A stretch of DNA of 10,706 nt from a bacterium (GTDB lineage: Bacteria > Hinthialibacterota > Hinthialibacteria > Hinthialibacterales > Hinthialibacteraceae). A program made the translations under genes and the position numbers. The notes beneath the pieces are model-generated. The model saw only the letters and a program-made list of their open reading frames with translations. It did no database searches and had not been told where the DNA came from. Shown here piece by piece: positions 7,297 to 10,706 of the stretch. The stretch lies in the NCBI GenBank assembly GCA_041946805.1, contig JBHGBC010000187.1, positions 1 through 10,706 on the forward strand. The letters are read 5' to 3'. The stretch's first letter is position 1, and the number at the start of each line of letters is the position of its first letter.

Positions 7297-8538
7297 CTAG
7301 ACGACATGGCTGACCAGCGAGAGGCATTCGAGAGCGGTCTTGCGGACCGATTCGATTTTTTCGCGTTCATTGAATTCCGGATGAATGTAGGGATTGCGGA
7401 TATGCTGCAACAGAATCAGCTGGCTGGCCAGCCGGGTGGTCTGGCCGTCGGTGAGCCCCTTGATCCCGAGGGGATTTTGAATCTCCACCGGGCCTTGCTT
7501 GTTCAGAAACGAGTGGTTGCGGCCCCAGCAGAAGAGAATCACGCCCAGGGCCTTCAGGCCGTCCGGTTTGTACTTGGACCCGTGCTGGAGAATGCGTTCC
7601 AACACCTGGCGGGTGATGTCCGAATTGAGTTCAAGATTGTATTGCTGCACCAGTCGGATCAGGTATTGGTTGAAGAACAGGTCAAGATTGCCCAGGGAGG
7701 AGTCGTAGAGTTGATGGGCCAGCATCTTGACGCGGTCTTCGGTCAACAGGCGGCTGACCTTGCGGCCGGCCCGCAGCTTGACCTCGTTTTCCACGGCGAA
7801 CGAGTACGAGAAACTGACGTTGCGGGCCACGGAGAGACTGGCGGCCGAACCGGATTGCTGCATGCTCTCCGCCACCGCCAGCATGGTCCGGGTCTCCGAG
7901 TCCAGACGGGGCAGCTCAGGCAGTTCTTTTTCCAATGTGGGCGGGATAGCGATGCTGTCCAGGGCCATGCCGAAATCCTTCGCGCGCGCCGGGCTGCGGT
8001 CGAGCCGGTCGGCCAGATCGTAGATCTCCCCTTTCAAGCCCGCGTCCAGGTCATCGTTGCGCAAAAGGTCTTCCAGTTCCTGGCGGATGGCGGAAGGATC
8101 TTCCGATTCCCGGGCCAAGGCTTCATCCACCCGGTTGCGGAGCGCTTCGATCCGGTCCAGCAGTTCGAATAGGCGTTCCAGGCGCTGGTAGAGGGTGCTG
8201 ATCTCGGCGTCGATGCGGGATTTGCTGAGCACGAAGGTGGCGCCGTACTGCCGGGCCAGCGCGCCTTCGTCGAATGTGCCCACGGCCGAGATCATGATGA
8301 CCGGCAGGCGCGGACGCCGCCGTTTCACCTCGCGAATGAACACCAGCCCCTCGTCGTGCGTCCGCATGTCGAGATCGGTGATGACCACCTGGGGGTCGCC
8401 GGCGTGGATCTTCTCCATGCCTTCGGCCGAGTCGTCCGCCTCGATGACCTGGTAGCCTTCCAGGGTCAGATTGCGAATGACGGCGGCCCGGTATTGCGGG
8501 TTGTCATCCACCAACAGAATGCGTCTTTCATTCGCCAT
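7297..8538 (-). CDS. Response regulator: receiver domain plus putative HEPN-like C-terminal domain, 413 aa
   Basis: Receiver residues intact: ILLVDD (D11,D12), VITD55, IMIS84, K106. The C-terminal part has no HTH, GGDEF, AAA+ or kinase motifs but contains SFAVENEVK and LQHIRNPYIH. SD-like AAGGGA upstream. The receiver call is firm; HEPN is an inference. Confidence 0.85.
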   Translation of the reverse strand: MANERRILLVDDNPQYRAAVIRNLTLEGYQVIEADDSAEGMEKIHAGDPQVVITDLDMRTHDEGLVFIREVKRRRPRLPVIMISAVGTFDEGALARQYGATFVLSKSRIDAEISTLYQRLERLFELLDRIEALRNRVDEALARESEDPSAIRQELEDLLRNDDLDAGLKGEIYDLADRLDRSPARAKDFGMALDSIAIPPTLEKELPELPRLDSETRTMLAVAESMQQSGSAASLSVARNVSFSYSFAVENEVKLRAGRKVSRLLTEDRVKMLAHQLYDSSLGNLDLFFNQYLIRLVQQYNLELNSDITRQVLERILQHGSKYKPDGLKALGVILFCWGRNHSFLNKQGPVEIQNPLGIKGLTDGQTTRLASQLILLQHIRNPYIHPEFNEREKIESVRKTALECLSLVSHVV

Positions 8539-8553
8539 GCGTGAAATCCCTTG

Positions 8554-8580
8554 CGTCCTTTATGTCCTTTATGTCCTTTA
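8554..8580. repeat. Tandem 9-bp repeat x3 (YGTCCTTTA)
   Basis: CGTCCTTTA TGTCCTTTA TGTCCTTTA, directly upstream of the response regulator's SD on the minus strand. Confidence 0.9.
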
Positions 8581-8595
8581 CCCCATTAATTCCCC

Positions 8596-8628
8596 CCCTC
8601 TCCCTCTGGGAGAGGGCCGGGGTGAGGG
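8596..8628 (+). repeat. BoxC-like element, full copy
   Basis: CCCTCTCCC-TCT-GGGAGAGGG-CCGGGGTGAGGG. Confidence 0.9.
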
Positions 8629-8682
8629 AAAATCCCGCCGGATTACACTACCTGAAAACCCTATCACCCAACCACTCCTTCT

Positions 8683-8688
8683 ATTATA
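8683..8688 (-). promoter_or_regulatory. Candidate sigma70 -10 box upstream of the response regulator
   Basis: Perfect TATAAT on the minus strand in a GC-rich context, 14 bp past the argS stop. No -35 at canonical spacing. Confidence 0.4.
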
Positions 8689-8702
8689 CCCCCCCGGCCG
8701 CG

Positions 8703-10364
8703 TCACATGCGCTCGGGCGCGTTCACCTTGAGCAGGCCCAGCCCGTTGCGCATGACCTGGCGGACGGCCAGCACCAGGTGAAAGCGGCTCACACTGCCCG
8801 CCGGATCGTCCTGGTCCAACACGCGCTGCACCTGGTAGTAGGTGTGGAAAGTCTTGGCCAAGTCTTCCAGATACGTGGGCACCAGGTTCGCTTCCCGCCG
8901 TTCGGCCGCGTCCATGATGACCAGGGGATAATAGAACAGCTTGAGCAGCAGGGGCCGCTCGCGTTCGCCCGCCAGGGGCGCGGTGTCGAAATCGAACGCG
9001 GGCGTCTCCGCGATCCCCCGTTCCCGCGCCTTGGCCTCGATGCTGCAGGCGCGGGCGTGGACGTACTGCAAATAGTAAACGGGATTGTCCATGGATTGCT
9101 GCTTGGCCAGGTCCCAGTCGAACACCATCTGCGCCTTGTAACTGCGTTGGGCGAAGAAATAGCGGGTCACGTCCGCCCCCAGCTCGCCGACCATTTCGGC
9201 CAGGGTCATGAACTGCCCCTCGCGGGTGGAGAGTTTGATCTTCTCCCCGCCTCGCTCGATGCTGACCATCTGGTTCAGCAAATACACGAGTTTGGAGAGA
9301 TCGTGCCCGAAGATGCTCATCGCGATCTTGACGCGCTCCACCTGGTTGTGGTGATCGTGCCCCATCACGTTGACCAGCAGGTCGTAGCCCCGCTCGTACT
9401 TTTGGCAGTGATAGGCGATGTCCGGGGTGACGTACGTGGGTTCGCCGTCGTTCTTGACCAGCACGCGGTCCTTTTCATCGCCGTACTGGCTCGAGCGGAG
9501 CCACAGCGCGCCGTCCTGCTCGTAGGTGGCCCCCTTTTCGGCCAGTTGTTTCAGAATTTTTGGAACCGCGCCGGACGTGTGCAGCGACCGTTCGCTGAAG
9601 GTCGTGTCAAACTTCACCCGCAGCAGGCGCAGATCGTCCAGGATGACGTTCATCAACACATCGGCGGCGAAGCGGGTGAACGGCTCCCAGGATTCCTCGT
9701 GGAGCAAGGCGTCACCCCGCGCGGTTTTGAGGGCGGCGGCGATGTAGCGGATATAATCGCCCTTGTAGCCGTTTTCAGGAAAGGGGCACTCCAACCCGAA
9801 CAGGTTTTTGTAACGCGCCTGGACCGAGCGCCCCAGCATCATCATCTGCACGCCCGCATCGTTGTAGTAGTACTCATGGGTGACCTCGTACCCCACGGCC
9901 GCGAGCATGGCGGCGGTGGTGTCGCCCACGATGGCCCCGCGGATATGGCCGACATGCAACGGTCCCGTGGGATTGGCGCTGACATATTCCACCAACGCCT
10001 TTTTCCCGGCATACTTCGTGGAACGGCCGTACTTTTCCTTGTCCCTCAGCACCCGTTTGAGCACCTCAATCAACACGGCGTCCCGCAAGTGGACATTGAT
10101 GAAGCCCGGCCCGGCCAGGACGGCCTTGTCGACCAGCGGGCTGGCTTGCAGGGATTGAAGAAACTCGGCGGCCAGTTCGCGCGGGGACTTTTTGAGCGGC
10201 TTGGCCAGCAGCATGGCCGCGTTGGTGGTCAAATCCCCGTGCTCCGCCTCGCGGGTGGGCGTGAACGCCAACGATTCCAGTTGCGGCTCGCCGGGTCCGC
10301 CCGGCAGACGCCTGGCTGTCTCCCTCAGGATGTGATTGAGTTGAGATAAAATTTCAAAGTACAC
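8703..10364 (-). CDS. argS: Arginine--tRNA ligase, 553 aa
   Basis: HGDLTTNAAM, AGPGFIN, VEYVSANPTGPLHVGH (HIGH motif), EYYYNDAG, KLSTREG (KMSKS equivalent), NPVYYLQYVHAR, C-terminal APERM. GTG start with GGAGG at 10374-10378. Confidence 0.98.
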   Translation of the reverse strand: MYFEILSQLNHILRETARRLPGGPGEPQLESLAFTPTREAEHGDLTTNAAMLLAKPLKKSPRELAAEFLQSLQASPLVDKAVLAGPGFINVHLRDAVLIEVLKRVLRDKEKYGRSTKYAGKKALVEYVSANPTGPLHVGHIRGAIVGDTTAAMLAAVGYEVTHEYYYNDAGVQMMMLGRSVQARYKNLFGLECPFPENGYKGDYIRYIAAALKTARGDALLHEESWEPFTRFAADVLMNVILDDLRLLRVKFDTTFSERSLHTSGAVPKILKQLAEKGATYEQDGALWLRSSQYGDEKDRVLVKNDGEPTYVTPDIAYHCQKYERGYDLLVNVMGHDHHNQVERVKIAMSIFGHDLSKLVYLLNQMVSIERGGEKIKLSTREGQFMTLAEMVGELGADVTRYFFAQRSYKAQMVFDWDLAKQQSMDNPVYYLQYVHARACSIEAKARERGIAETPAFDFDTAPLAGERERPLLLKLFYYPLVIMDAAERREANLVPTYLEDLAKTFHTYYQVQRVLDQDDPAGSVSRFHLVLAVRQVMRNGLGLLKVNAPERM

Positions 10365-10521
10365 GCGTGTCGACCTCCGGTGAAGACGGTATTATTTTAT
10401 ACATCCCGTATGTTGGCTCCGTTCATTCCTCAGGGCGCGTAGCGACAGGCCCCGGCTATTTTCCCAAAGCATCCTGAGAATGAAATGAATTAAATCCCCG
10501 AACGGGAGGCGTGTGAATAGC

Positions 10522-10572
10522 CGCGGATGGAATCACGGATTTCACGGATTGAAATTCACGGAATACACGAAT
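10522..10572 (+). repeat. Cluster of CACGGAT-like direct repeats
   Basis: CGCGGAT 10522, CACGGAT 10534 and 10543, CACGGAA 10557, CACGAAT 10566; two pairs with a 9-bp period. Confidence 0.7.
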
Positions 10573-10611
10573 AAAACCGGGTGGCCAGGATGGGCCGCCC
10601 TGACAGAGATT

Positions 10612-10654
10612 CCCTCACCCCGGCCCTCTCCCTGGCCCTCTCCCAAAGGGAGAG
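10612..10654 (-). repeat. BoxC-like element, inverted copy with an extra internal unit
   Basis: CCCTCACCC-CGG-CCCTCTCCC-TGG-CCCTCTCCC-AAA-GGGAGAG: reverse complement of the 8596 copy with one extra 12-bp unit. Confidence 0.85.
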
Positions 10655-10706
10655 CGACTGTGTTAACAATCAAGGGTCACGAGATGTTTTTGCCACGGAA
10701 TTTGAT

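Noticed and set aside
6091..8172. 693-aa plus-strand ORF
   Set aside because: Antisense to the GT4 and response regulator genes, which have clear family motifs and SDs; no recognisable domain.
8541..10349. 602-aa plus-strand ORF
   Set aside because: Antisense shadow of argS; its N-terminus is translated tandem repeat and BoxC-like sequence.
10365..10706. T-box riboswitch upstream of argS
   Set aside because: No T-box consensus (AAGGTGGNACC-like) or terminator/antiterminator seen on the minus strand; the region is explained by repeats.

Overview
GC-rich bacterial DNA with two convergent gene blocks. The + strand holds a partial flagellar export cluster: fliF, a ~450 bp spacer packed with palindromic repeats, a nucleoside 2-deoxyribosyltransferase (NDT)-family gene in the slot where fliG normally sits, fliH, fliI, and a 420-aa ORF that looks like FliJ fused in frame to a membrane-anchored YlxF/MotE/FlbB-like protein. 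The - strand holds argS, an orphan response regulator whose C-terminal domain carries HEPN-like signatures (AVENE helix, RNPYIH), and a GT4 glycosyltransferase overlapping the 3' end of the FliJ fusion by 98 bp. Intergenic regions contain five copies of a BoxC-like CCCTCTCCC/GGGAGAGGG element, several REP-like palindromes and short 9-bp-period repeats. Best leads: the receiver-HEPN protein (possible phosphorylation-gated RNase), the FliJ-membrane-anchor fusion, and the NDT gene replacing fliG. All family calls are from motif recognition by eye; no searches were run.
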